Part shown: positions 30,301-39,500 of the stretch, piece by piece
How positions within the stretch are numbered: position 1 is the stretch's first letter
Layout: every line of letters begins with the position of its first letter
Source of the DNA: Candidatus Obscuribacteraceae bacterium
GTDB lineage: Bacteria > Cyanobacteriota > Vampirovibrionia > Obscuribacterales > Obscuribacteraceae
DNA: 64,000 nt
Assembly (NCBI GenBank): GCA_044226015.1
Contig: JBGAHS010000007.1
Location: 384,001-448,000, forward strand
Reading direction: 5' to 3'
Notes under the pieces: model-generated
What the model was told of the DNA's origin: nothing
The model's input: only the letters and a program-made list of their open reading frames with translations
Databases searched by the model: none
Translations under genes and position numbers: made by a program

Positions 30301-30606
30301 CAAGCCCGTAAACCCGGCAGATTGAGTTTGGTCACCAACCGTTGACCAAATTCCTGTACGGAATTGTGAAACTGCGGGAGAGTTGTTGTAACTTACTTCT
30401 TCATTTGCAGGCATTTCCCGTTCGAAAATAACCTTCATCGTCTTAACGGCTAGCTGCGGGTCACCAGAAAAGCTTCTGTTCATTTTGTCGGCGGCGCCAG
30501 CGTCCATCGAGATGACATTGCCGTCCGAAGGCACGCCACAAGACTCGCAAACGGAAGTCCGTCTGTGAACCAAATGTCCGCATGTCTGGCAGATGTGAAT
30601 CTCCAT
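27313..30606 (-). CDS. Single-pass membrane protein: N-terminal Zn-ribbon, Q/E coiled coil, long disordered region, TM helix, Met/Gln/Pro repeats, C-terminal beta domain
   Basis: CQTC...CESC follows the likely ATG at 30606 (the ORF track uses TTG 30660). The TM is VVLPLVIATGAFAFLAGIMLL. The C-terminal domain reads MTGKWDY...GSGTDSSGAF.I.G...F.K.Y...MSG.W. Confidence 0.8.
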   Translation of the reverse strand: MEIHICQTCGHLVHRRTSVCESCGVPSDGNVISMDAGAADKMNRSFSGDPQLAVKTMKVIFEREMPANEEVSYNNSPAVSQFRTGIWSTVGDQTQSAGFTGLLTGVKNGKAAPAPPQPPKQNDDEQAARAVREKEKRQQELERQQREQAEFEEQQQEYERRRRERAELARQQHYQNHNDQPRNSTNEAGLSPAEIQREELERAEYERQQREYERKLAEYQKQQAEYEKQQAEYEKQQAEYERQQTERAEDERQQAERAELERQQAERLEFERQQAARVEFERQQAELESHQAETITHAIDENDPELQNLSEEERAEYLAQLREFELQRAEYEQIKMEVEGEHGEFATATGMNPELKEHPEQQYEEPEQQHEEPEQQHEEPEQQHEEPEQQHEEPETTQVEQASAAPEVTGEALISKFMDQLFDSSNMESGPEYSVEFDPASANSLEQMHANLHSSGSQGMLAEQISNASTSTEQIEQTASGSFRMQNSDRQAAFGAVTMESVKDTNFESSMANQHVQSFEQPAPQATPRDTNSSIDKVASKSNSTDTLFGAKQDSLIKAGDNYYSSPDIEKFGTGTFNSQADPQTGSGSYRATTSNDPTSKEAVDDQQDDLYQTSEQQKLRRDMQSSSGNRDFTAESSQTTSGKFENQISSGRNQSFSPPNNSEMRKTTGGIFNMDVEVSSGHLNSSPDGASAMNDAAHDGRLTEPNQQSSANQLSPRASNSRIFPYDSAPDKTPNEGASGSEGLRSPLLSKQPEKQNKPPANAFKKVVLPLVIATGAFAFLAGIMLLRVPTGLTSVKDKPAVAGKGAPSPSDVTPSEQASTQATVREGTQTANNGTTGPAEVAPIGSNSTGETPNLLDVANGTPQAGAGLNMVQNSHTAQPMQQMPTLPMQQMPMQQMPTQPMQQMPAPPMQQMPAQPMQQMPAQPMQQMPAQPMQQMPAQPMQQMPAQPMQQAQSTPAQPMQKPNPRPQALMKVETTSMTGKWDYGYQNPTGSTGYGAIQIKQDGVNLRGSGTDSSGAFQIKGVRQGDIITFDKLYVRNGVAISKRIVYSGKLSIYNEPGAGPAMLMSGIWRYSGQDANGKEKTMSGQFEGKLAR
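27745..27968 (-). repeat. Coding minisatellite, mostly 24-bp units encoding PMQQMPAQ (about 9-10 copies)
   Basis: Repeated ctgctgcatgggctgtgccggcat-like units on the + strand. Confidence 0.92.
29422..29530 (-). repeat. Coding minisatellite, 21-bp unit encoding EQQHEEP (5 copies)
   Basis: Repeated ttcaggctcctcgtg(t/c)tg(t/c)tg on the + strand. Confidence 0.92.
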
Positions 30607-30813
30607 CTCGCAATCCGCTGTATTAATAGTGATGGTAGCCTTCTCTGCGGAAAAGAGCAACAGAAAGATTAAATGAGGGCAAAGTCACAAGCCCATCAGG
30701 ATGAGCAATTTCCTTGTCAGTGTGGCGGAGATATGCGGAGGCCATGTCTTGCATAGTCGGAGGGGCGGTATGTCAGGGCTGTCGGGTGATCGCGGTTTTG
30801 ACACGAAAATAAG

Positions 30814-30842
30814 AAGAGGGGCGCTGCTTGGGCGCTCCTCTT
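30814..30842. terminator. Stem-loop, probable terminator of the HAD-like gene
   Basis: AAGAGGGGCGC-N7-GCGCTCCTCTT, about 36 nt past the stop of 30879..31403. A T-rich run follows it on the minus strand. Confidence 0.5.
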
Positions 30843-30878
30843 TCATCAGGTGATGGTCTACTCTGCAAGGTCTTCGGA

Positions 30879-31403
30879 CTAAATGACTAGGCTATTTGCA
30901 AGACTTAGAGGTCCTTTCGTGGCGAGAATGCTGCTTGACACCTCCTTCCAACTGTCAGTTCGCATAACTTTCCTTAGGTGCTGCGAGAACTTAGCTACTT
31001 CTTTGTCATCGGCATTGAACAAAAACAAATGCTCCACTTTTCCCAGATAGGAAAGAACTTCCAGCCGGTCATCGATGAAGTAACTTGCACCTATGTTTTC
31101 GCATATGCCTGCTTTCTCTTTCCTTGTTTTGCAAAATTTCGCGTTCGCTGGAGCAATTCCGGTTATCTCAAAAAAGCGTTTGTGTTTCAGCCAGTGCATT
31201 GATTTTTTCTGAACAGCTGACCCGCATTTTGAAACCAGGTATATTTCAAATCCTGATTTCTGCAGAAGTGCTATTTGCTCGAACGCACCTTCAATGGCTG
31301 GAGTAGATAGGTAGTCATTGCCGAAAAATGAGGTATCAGTTTTGTCATTTATTCTTCCTATTATCACTCCACCAATATCCACGCCGATAATATTCTTGTT
31401 CAT
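30879..31403 (-). CDS. HAD-superfamily-like hydrolase (small, 5'-nucleotidase-like fold)
   Basis: Motif I IGVDIGGVI, motif II LVSK and motif IV FIDDR. AGAGGA RBS. Confidence 0.65.
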   Translation of the reverse strand: MNKNIIGVDIGGVIIGRINDKTDTSFFGNDYLSTPAIEGAFEQIALLQKSGFEIYLVSKCGSAVQKKSMHWLKHKRFFEITGIAPANAKFCKTRKEKAGICENIGASYFIDDRLEVLSYLGKVEHLFLFNADDKEVAKFSQHLRKVMRTDSWKEVSSSILATKGPLSLANSLVI

Positions 31404-31451
31404 TTCGTTTTCCTCTTTGTTTTGTCAAATATGAATCTAACTTGAGGAGAA

Positions 31452-31490
31452 ATAAATAGGAACTATAATATTGCTATAAACTATAGGTAT
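31452..31490. promoter_or_regulatory. Two LysR-type T-N11-A boxes (ATA-N9-TAT) in the divergent promoter
   Basis: ATAAATAGGAACTAT (31452-31466) and ATAAACTATAGGTAT (31476-31490) lie between the HAD gene and the LysR gene. The region is AT-rich, so chance matches are possible. Confidence 0.55.
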
Positions 31491-31495
31491 AAGTT

Positions 31496-32386
31496 ATGAC
31501 TGTAAAATTACCAAGTCTTGATGCTCTGCAGGCATTTCTTGTATTCAGTGAGACTCTGAATTTTACGCACGCGGCTGAGCAGCTTCACATATCGCAGCCG
31601 GCGCTGCACGTGAAAATTCAAGAACTATCGAATTCTCTAGAGATGCCACTTTACACGAAAGTTGGCAGGCGTCTTGAACTCACAGAACAAGGTCGGATGC
31701 TTGCAAGATTCTCACGCAAAACCATTGAGCAAACCAAAGATTTTGTCAGCGAAATTTCAACAGGGGCCAAACGACAATCTCTTGTATTTGCAGCAGGTGA
31801 GGGTGCCTATCTGTACTTGTTGGGTGAGCCAATTAAGCAGTTTTTGCAGGGTTCAAAAGCAAATCTTAAGCTGCTTACCTTAAATCGGGATGGCATTATT
31901 GACGCTATTTCTACAGGAAAGGCGCAGCTTGGAGTAGCCTCTTGCGAATCTATTCCAGATGGATTTCAATCACATTTGCTATGCAAAGTCGAGCAGGTTT
32001 TAGTGCTTCCGAAAAAACACCCTTTGCTCGAAAAAAGAAAATTACGTCTGCGTGATCTATCACGCCAGCGACTCATTGTACCGCCAGCAGATCGACCTCA
32101 TCGGCAGGTCATCGCAGCCGCTCTTCAGTCAGAGGGAATTGAGTGGGAAGTATCTGTAGAAGCTTCAGGTTGGGAGGTCATGATCAATTTTGTGAAGATG
32201 GGCATGGGGTTGGCTATAGTGAATTCCTGTTGTGAGATTCCGTCTGGCTTAGTTATGCGGTCGCTAAAGGAGCTGCCTCAAATTCATTATCATTTGCTGC
32301 ATTTGAAGAATGAAGCAAAAGTTGGTCCAGCAGCCGAACTAAAACAGCTCTTGCTTTCGCACAATTACGCTACGCAAGAAAAATGA
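31496..32386 (+). CDS. LysR family transcriptional regulator
   Basis: N-terminal HTH NFTHAAEQLHISQPALHVKIQEL...LTEQG, followed by a substrate-binding domain with GMGLAIV. 296 aa. Confidence 0.96.
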   Translation: MTVKLPSLDALQAFLVFSETLNFTHAAEQLHISQPALHVKIQELSNSLEMPLYTKVGRRLELTEQGRMLARFSRKTIEQTKDFVSEISTGAKRQSLVFAAGEGAYLYLLGEPIKQFLQGSKANLKLLTLNRDGIIDAISTGKAQLGVASCESIPDGFQSHLLCKVEQVLVLPKKHPLLEKRKLRLRDLSRQRLIVPPADRPHRQVIAAALQSEGIEWEVSVEASGWEVMINFVKMGMGLAIVNSCCEIPSGLVMRSLKELPQIHYHLLHLKNEAKVGPAAELKQLLLSHNYATQEK

Positions 32387-32402
32387 CAATCTCAGAGCCA
32401 CA

Positions 32403-33170
32403 TCAAGCTTCGCGCTTGAGCTTTGTAGGTTGCAAGTCGGGGTCGAGTGCGTACCGATCATCAAATACGAAGCACTCTCCCGTCCAGTGCTTACCACCGC
32501 ATTCTGCAAAGTAATTCAGAATGCCGCCTTGTAACTGATAAACGCGGGCTAAGTCTAGTTCGTTCATGAATAATGCGGCTTTCTCGCAACGAATTCCACC
32601 GGTGCAATACGTCACGATAGTTTTTTCTTTAAGCGTTGGATCCTCATCCAACGCACTACGCACCGCTTCAGGAAAAGAGCTGAATTGTTCAATATCGTAA
32701 TCGATGGCATCGACGAATCTGCCCATTTCTACTTCGTAATCATTTCGGGTATCGATGATGATTATTTCTCTGCCTTCGTCATCATGACCCTGCTCAAGCC
32801 ACCTGTCTAGCACTTTTGGCTCAACTGATGCTGCACGTTCCATCTCAGGTTTTATCATCGGATGCTTCATTGTGATGATTTCTTTGGGCATACGCACAAC
32901 CATTTTTCTGAATGGTTGACTCTCTGAGTAGCTGACTTTCACTTCCAGGTCGCTGAACCGATTATTGCAGAGTGCATCGCTTTTTAGAAAATTCAAAAAC
33001 TCATCAGTGGCAGCTTTGCTTCCGGCAACATTGAAGTTGATGCCTTCATCAGCTAGCAGAACTGTGCCCTTCAATCGCCATTCCGTGCAGCGATCGAGAA
33101 GCACAGAGCGTAAATTCTCTCTGTCCGGAATGCCGACGAATTTGTAAGCAGCAATATTGACAATTTCCAT
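32403..33170 (-). CDS. trhO: Rhodanese-domain protein, UPF0176/TrhO (YceA) family tRNA uridine hydroxylase
   Basis: AAYKF, LKGTVLLADEGIN, DTRNDYEV..G.F, YCTGGIRCEKA, L.GGIL.Y and GECFVFD.R motifs. Confidence 0.85.
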   Translation of the reverse strand: MEIVNIAAYKFVGIPDRENLRSVLLDRCTEWRLKGTVLLADEGINFNVAGSKAATDEFLNFLKSDALCNNRFSDLEVKVSYSESQPFRKMVVRMPKEIITMKHPMIKPEMERAASVEPKVLDRWLEQGHDDEGREIIIIDTRNDYEVEMGRFVDAIDYDIEQFSSFPEAVRSALDEDPTLKEKTIVTYCTGGIRCEKAALFMNELDLARVYQLQGGILNYFAECGGKHWTGECFVFDDRYALDPDLQPTKLKREA

Positions 33171-33298
33171 TAAACCGCACCGACTGGGACGTACTGGAAT
33201 TGGATCTTATCATTTGCCGCCGCTGAGACAGCAGTTTTGAAGGGCAGCAAGCTTAAAATTTACCGAACTTGCTCGGTTTTCAGGCTTGGCGGCAATTC

Positions 33299-34180
33299 TT
33301 ACTGGTGGCTAGATGATGCCAATTTCGTCACGCGGCGTAATAAATCATCTGCTTTCAGTCTTTTGCAAACATCTTCGAACCCGGGTTTAGGACCCGTCCA
33401 TTTCATTTCTTGTAGTGATTCTGGAACAGGAGTGTCTTCGCGCAATGTTGCTAGTTTTCTGTAGAGAAGCGCTTCTTCCCATGAGTCAAACAAAACTGAA
33501 GCAAGCTTTGCTGCGCCTCTAATAGCTGTGTCCCATTGTTTAGGGTCCTTTGGAATCTGTTCGTAGTGTTCATAGCGAGATAAAACTCCGGCCGCTGCTT
33601 TTGCGCCCCATCCTTTCAATCCCGGATAGCCGTCAGCTGCATCTCCCACTGCGCCCAGATAATCTGGAATGGAAGTCGGTTTGACGCCAAACTTTTCTAT
33701 CACTCCAGCTTCATCCCGGAGTATGTTACGGCGCCTGTCCAGTTGCACAATCCTGCTGCCGCTTACGCATTGGCTGAGGTCTTTGTCTGGTGTGCAAATC
33801 AATACTCTTTCAACTTCACCGTTTGCTGCAAACTTGATTGCGGCCGCAGCCAGAGCGTCATCTGCCTCAAATTCAACCATCGGCCAAACTACTACACCCA
33901 TTGAAGTTAGAGCTTCTTCCAAAATGGGAAACTGGCAGAATAATGCCGGCTCGATTCCATCACCTGTTTTGTAGCCATCATAAAGGTCATTTCTGAAAGA
34001 CTCAATTACATGATCTGTTGCTACACCGATATGAGTGGCTCCTTGTTCGAGCATCGATACGACTGAGCCTAAGACGCCGCGTGTAGCACCTATCTCTAAG
34101 CCATCTGAGGAACTTGCTTCAGGGACGGCAAAATAGTGGCGAAATAATTCATAAGTACCATCAACAAGGTGTACTTCCAT
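33299..34180 (-). CDS. Stand-alone 5'-3' exonuclease / flap endonuclease (PolI N-terminal-like)
   Basis: LVDG, SFRNDLYDGYK, EADD, TPDKDLSQ, GDAADGYPG..GWG.K motifs. The likely start is ATG 34180 with a GAAGGA RBS. Confidence 0.92.
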   Translation of the reverse strand: MEVHLVDGTYELFRHYFAVPEASSSDGLEIGATRGVLGSVVSMLEQGATHIGVATDHVIESFRNDLYDGYKTGDGIEPALFCQFPILEEALTSMGVVVWPMVEFEADDALAAAAIKFAANGEVERVLICTPDKDLSQCVSGSRIVQLDRRRNILRDEAGVIEKFGVKPTSIPDYLGAVGDAADGYPGLKGWGAKAAAGVLSRYEHYEQIPKDPKQWDTAIRGAAKLASVLFDSWEEALLYRKLATLREDTPVPESLQEMKWTGPKPGFEDVCKRLKADDLLRRVTKLASSSHQ

Positions 34181-34330
34181 TTCATTTCCTTCGCGTTTTC
34201 GTAGTGCTGTGTCCGTAGGCTCGGATTCCTTCGTAGCCAAACCCGACGTGGACGGATCCAGCTGAAGACCTGTTTCGGATAACGTGCTAGTTATTTTTAC
34301 ACAAAAATCAAGTTCTCGCGATGATCAAAC

Positions 34331-35050
34331 TCAAGGTCTTTGCATTTGTTGTCTCTCAACATCACCGAACTGGAAATTCTGAAATTGATTGTCCATCGAG
34401 GTGCGAATGCTTGCCTGTTGATTTACTATTTCTCTCTTCGAACCCTTTGGATAGCGAAGGATCTTGTTTCCCTGCAATTGCATCATTGCTTGCATAACTG
34501 CTTGATCGTAAGCGGGATAGCCCGATGAAAGAGTCACTCTCGCGTTGATTATTTGTTGATTAGGAAGGACGTCACAGGAGTATTGTGCATAGATTCCGAC
34601 GGGGTAGCGACTCACCATCATTTGCCTACGTGGATCAAAAACGAAATTGACATCGTTGTGAATGTTGATCAAGCTAATGAGGTTGGACTGAATTGTCTGT
34701 GTTAGTCTATTTCGCCATCTGTCCCAATCAATCTGCAATTCCTGATTTCCGCCGTCAGGGTCATTTGCGGCTGCTAGGTTGAAAGGTTGCTGAGCATCTG
34801 CCGAACCTTGTAGAGGTGGTGCTGAGTTGTCTTGCACGCCTGATCGCAAGCCAGTCATGTTAGCGTTGCCGAATTGTTTCTCTACCTGGTCTAATTTATT
34901 CTCAAGCTCATCGTCTGTCGCACTGCCATTCAGCTTGCCAGCTTGCCCTTGCGGCTGTGTGTCTTCAATTCTTCCCTGCAACGGGTCGGCGTTTGCAGAT
35001 TCTGCAAACAGCAAGAACATTAAAGCGAGTAGAGCCGATTTTGCTTTCAT
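34331..35050 (-). CDS. Exported protein with C-terminal TonB/TolA-C-like domain
   Basis: Signal peptide MKAKSALLALMFLLFAESANA (ATG 35050). The C-terminal I.NARV..SSG.PAYDQAV..A segment resembles TonB_C. Confidence 0.6.
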   Translation of the reverse strand: MKAKSALLALMFLLFAESANADPLQGRIEDTQPQGQAGKLNGSATDDELENKLDQVEKQFGNANMTGLRSGVQDNSAPPLQGSADAQQPFNLAAANDPDGGNQELQIDWDRWRNRLTQTIQSNLISLINIHNDVNFVFDPRRQMMVSRYPVGIYAQYSCDVLPNQQIINARVTLSSGYPAYDQAVMQAMMQLQGNKILRYPKGSKREIVNQQASIRTSMDNQFQNFQFGDVERQQMQRP

Positions 35051-35296
35051 GGAACTGATAAGGAAGTGCTCCCCAGTGATATACCCGTTTTGAGACATAC
35101 CTATCTTGGTCCGGAAATGCTTCATCAGGGCAGGTATTCAGGTTCGTGCTTTAAGCAAATGTGCCATTGAGAATGCAAGTAGTAGATGTGTGCAGCTTTG
35201 CAGCAAATTCGGGCAGCTTGTGGCAGATTCGGAAAGCATGAGCCGATGATTCTCGCGTGGTAAAATCGCTGCCGAGCGGTTTGGGGATCTATTGGC

Positions 35297-36493
35297 ATGC
35301 GACTATCAGTCATCGGACTTTTGCTTCTACCCATGTTGTTGATTTTTGGAGATGCCTTTGCAAAGGAAAACGATGCTGCTAATGGAGATAAAGTGGCGAC
35401 ACAGTTTGCATACGTAGGAACATATACTGAGCAGGGACATAAGGGCAAAGGTATTTATTGCTTTGATTTCAATCCCGAAAGTACAGAACGCATAAAGTTG
35501 AAACTTCGGGGGACCACAACGGGAATAAAGAATCCATCTTATTTGACGATACATCCAAACGGGAAATTTCTTTATGCTGTAAGTGAGTTAGCATCCGATG
35601 ATGGGATGAATGGAGGTTTAGTTTGGGCTTATAAGATTGATACCAAATCTGGTGAGCTTAAATCTCTCAATAGTCAGCCATCGGAGGGTGGTGGACCTTG
35701 CTATGCCGCAGTAGATCGGACTGGCTCTTGTTTGCTGGTTGCCAACTACACTAGCGGAAGTATTGCAGCTTTGCCGATTCTAGAAGATGGAAGCTTAGGA
35801 ACTGCTAAGAGCAAGATTCAGCATGAGGGCTCAAGTGTTGATCCTGAACGGCAGAAGGGTCCCCACGCTCATTCAGTGAATATTTCACCGGACAACAACT
35901 ATGCCATCGCCGCTGACCTCGGACTAGACAAATTGCTCATTTACAAGTTGGACCCGAAAACTGCTTCATTAGTTAAAAACGAACCTGCCTTCAGTGAAAC
36001 TCCCCCCGGTGGAGGTCCTCGGCATCTTTCATTTTCTCGAGATGGCAAGTTTGCTTACATTTCAAATGAAATGAAGTCTTCAGTTAGTGTGTGCGCATTT
36101 GATGCTTCGAAAGGCACATTGACTGTCATTCAGACGCTCAGCACCTTGAACGAAAAGATCGAGGGTAATTCCACTGCAGAAATCTTGATGCACCCGGATG
36201 GCAAATTCCTGTATTGCTCTAATCGAGGTCATGATAGCCTTGCCATATTCAAGGTTGATCAAGATACAGGCAAACTAAGTTTGCTTGGACATGCGCCAAC
36301 CTTGGGTCATACGCCTCGCAATTTTGGTATTGATAGCAGTGGCAATTACATCATTGTGTGCAATCAGAGTAGTTCAAACCTTGTTGTTTTCAAAATTGAT
36401 AGAGAATCGGGAATGCTGAAGGTCTTGGGTGACCCGCTCTCCCTTCCATCTCCAGTTTGCATAAAATTCTTGTCCGTCAAAGACAATCGTTGA
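35297..36493 (+). CDS. pgl: Lactonase family 7-bladed beta-propeller (6-phosphogluconolactonase Pgl/YbhE-like) with signal peptide
   Basis: YVGTYT, NPSYL, ANY.SG, PHAH, DLGLD, GPRH, SNRGHDS and PRNF motifs. N-terminal signal ends in AFA. Confidence 0.88.
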   Translation: MRLSVIGLLLLPMLLIFGDAFAKENDAANGDKVATQFAYVGTYTEQGHKGKGIYCFDFNPESTERIKLKLRGTTTGIKNPSYLTIHPNGKFLYAVSELASDDGMNGGLVWAYKIDTKSGELKSLNSQPSEGGGPCYAAVDRTGSCLLVANYTSGSIAALPILEDGSLGTAKSKIQHEGSSVDPERQKGPHAHSVNISPDNNYAIAADLGLDKLLIYKLDPKTASLVKNEPAFSETPPGGGPRHLSFSRDGKFAYISNEMKSSVSVCAFDASKGTLTVIQTLSTLNEKIEGNSTAEILMHPDGKFLYCSNRGHDSLAIFKVDQDTGKLSLLGHAPTLGHTPRNFGIDSSGNYIIVCNQSSSNLVVFKIDRESGMLKVLGDPLSLPSPVCIKFLSVKDNR

Positions 36494-36503
36494 ATTGAGA
36501 TTT

Positions 36504-39500
36504 CTAAAATTCCAACCCATCATCAGCGTCTACAATGAGTTCGTCATCTGAATTCTGTGTATCAACATATTCGGGATATGAAATTGGTCGATATGAGAAT
36601 GATTTGAGTGTGGCGGATGGGATGCTGACGGTCTTGCCTTTAGCGGTTACTGTTATTGCCCCTCCTTGAAGAGTCAAAATGCTGTTTAATGTGATGATAC
36701 CGGTTGTGGTGACATTGTATTGAACTGCGCCTGACCCTGAGATGCTTGCACCGAAGGTATCTAATGGGCGTGTGCCGGGTGGCAGCAAAATGCTTGCTGC
36801 GGCTGTCGATACTGTACTTCCAGCTGAAAGCTCTATGACACCGCCGGTTATGTTTGTTGCTGCAGAGCCGTAAGCGTGTGCCTCAATCTTGTTATTGATT
36901 CCGCTGCTGATATTCCCTGAGCCCAGAATTGAGACGTTGCCACCATATGCCATGATGGTGGTAAAGCTTCCAAGGTCAATGTTAGCTGCTTTAACAGTTA
37001 TATCATTAGTGGTGTCCCAGAAGGATGGTGCAACCACAGATAAGCGAAGGTCCTTAGCGGAGTTCACTGTAATTGCACTCCTCGTCTGTATGGTCCATGG
37101 GGCGAAAACGGGGCCGTTGAAGTTAGCCAGCTGCCCGCCTTCTATAAAGTTTGACAGATTGGTTGATCCTTTTGAATCAACCAAAATATTTCCAGCCGTT
37201 GTGAAAATTGAGAACGCAGTTACCGTGAGATTTCCAGCTCCGTTGGTCATCAAAACTGTGACTCCATTCGTGCCATGTAAGCTCGAATCTCCATCAATCA
37301 GAAGACTGCTGCTCGCTGTTTGGTTTTTTACAAGGACCGTTCCGTAGCCAGCCAAAGACGTCGCAATATCTCCGTCTAGAGTTAGATGCTGGCTTTCTGC
37401 TGTGCAATAAGTGCAGAAGAAGGAACTTGTGCCGATTCTTATAGTCGGGCCTACTATTCGTGCGGTATCGGTCCAGCCCGTCAATGTTAATTGCGAATTG
37501 CTGCCAATTACGAGATTACTACCAGCAACCTGGTTATCCATGTAGGATGCGTTTTGAACATTGAAAGCATTTTTCGTGAGGCTAAACGTTGCTCCGAATT
37601 CGCCCCCTAAGACATTCATGTTCTTGGCCGTTATAGTTCCATTCTTTTGTAGTATTTGATTAGAACCCACCACCTTCAAGTTGAATGTGTCTGCTTGAAT
37701 GGCGCCTCCTGTTTGGAAAAATCCAGCGGTTGTGCTGACGTCTAGATTCGCCAGTCCCGTTGTGGACACGCTAGTCAATTTGCCGTTCAGGCTTATAGCA
37801 CCGCTAAGAGTTCCTGGAGTGGCCGCGTTAGTTTTGAAATTGTTGCCTGCGCTTGCAATAAAGCTGAGATGCGCAGGAGCGCTCATCGAACCTGCTATCG
37901 ATGCGTCGCCTCCTGAGAATACGGTCAGATTAGCATCACTTGTTATAGAGCCAGTACTAGCTAAGCTAAATGTAGCGCCAGGAATGGTTGATAGCACTGC
38001 GATCTGTGGAGATGATGGGACTGTGCTGGTGAATTTTGAATTGGATTGTTCAAAGATCAATTTACCGGCGATGCTGATGTTCTTAGGTGTTACAAACGGG
38101 TTACCATCATTCTCTCGTCGAATTCCGATTGGCGAGTTTTGATCAAATCCTGTGAAGTGAACTGTCACTTTAGCTGGAATGTTCAATGCCGCTAACATTG
38201 TCAGATCCACGGAGCTGTCTATATAAATGTCACCGCTGCTGATGGCACCAGTGGCAGGACTCAAGTTTGCTACTTTGATGCCGGAATTAGGCTGAGTAGC
38301 AAAAAAACGTATTCCGTCGGAAGCTACCTTATCGGTAAAATCAAGACTGGTTAAGCCTGTTCTCGGCGCTCTTGCAGTGAAACTCGCACCCTCGTCAATT
38401 GTGAGTTTGCCTGGCGTGCTGAATTGTCCTGTTGTTCCAGTGTAAAAGAGAATATCTGCCCCTGTAGCGAAGGCCGCATCTTTTGTTGGACCATTTGCAA
38501 CTACGGTTCCGTCACCAGCCAGGTAAATATTGTTAGAACCGCTCGTGTAAATATTGAAATTGCTATTTGTAAAAACTGATCCCTTGCTTCCCGGGTTGAA
38601 ATTGAAGGTCAGGTTCATCTGCCCGTTAGAAATTAGTTGGGCACCATTTCCAATTTGTATTTCACTATTTTTGCTAGCGTTGTCTAATGTGAGGGCTGAG
38701 CTTCTGCCACCTGCTCCACCAGCAAAGATGGTTACATTATCGTCAACTTTCAGCAGTCCTGTGGTTGTTAGATTATTGATGCTAATATCCACAAACCCGT
38801 ATTTAGCGGTAATGTCACCCGAGATTGTTAGCTGACCACCTGCGTCAAACTGAAATGCGCCACCTGATTGACTTGATTTCAAAGTCACTCCTGTGCTAAG
38901 GAAGTCAGATACATAGACCATTCCAGCTCCACCTGTGCTCAAGGTGACTGTAGGCGCCTGCAGCTGATAGGGCGCGAATGAGGAGCCTATATTCCCCACG
39001 CCGCTCTTCAGTGTTGCGGAATTGCTCAGATCAATTTGAAGAATGCTCACTGTTTCGATCAGGTTGCCGAATCCGTCGGCATCCAGATTCAGGTCAGCAG
39101 CTTTCAGTGGAGTGCTGATGATTATGCTTCCGTTGCTGCCGGGGTTCGTTTTTAATGTCAACTTGCCGCTTACTTGCGAGAGTGATGTCGCATCCTCTCT
39201 CACCAGTGCAATCGAGCCATTTGCACTCACTGTCACGTTGTTGAACTGTGTGTTCTTTGCGATTATTAGATTGCTTATGGTCCCGAGGTTGTTTAAGCTG
39301 ATATTTGCGCCATTTCCTATCAGTTTAATTGTAGAAGCATTCGTGCTAACCAGGTTGATATCACCCGCGCCAGCACTGATGAGCAACGAAGCATTCTTCT
39401 CACCGACGTAGCTGCCCTGCGGTTGCGTTATGGTGCCAGCCGCTTTGATATTGATTTGCGGCGCCGTGATGAATGATTTGAAAAACAGATTACCGAACAT

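Noticed and set aside
36504..36600. C-terminal Phe of Giant-2 as an autotransporter barrel signature
   Set aside because: The preceding sequence is an acidic tail with no ~300-aa amphipathic barrel, and the paralog does not end in Phe.
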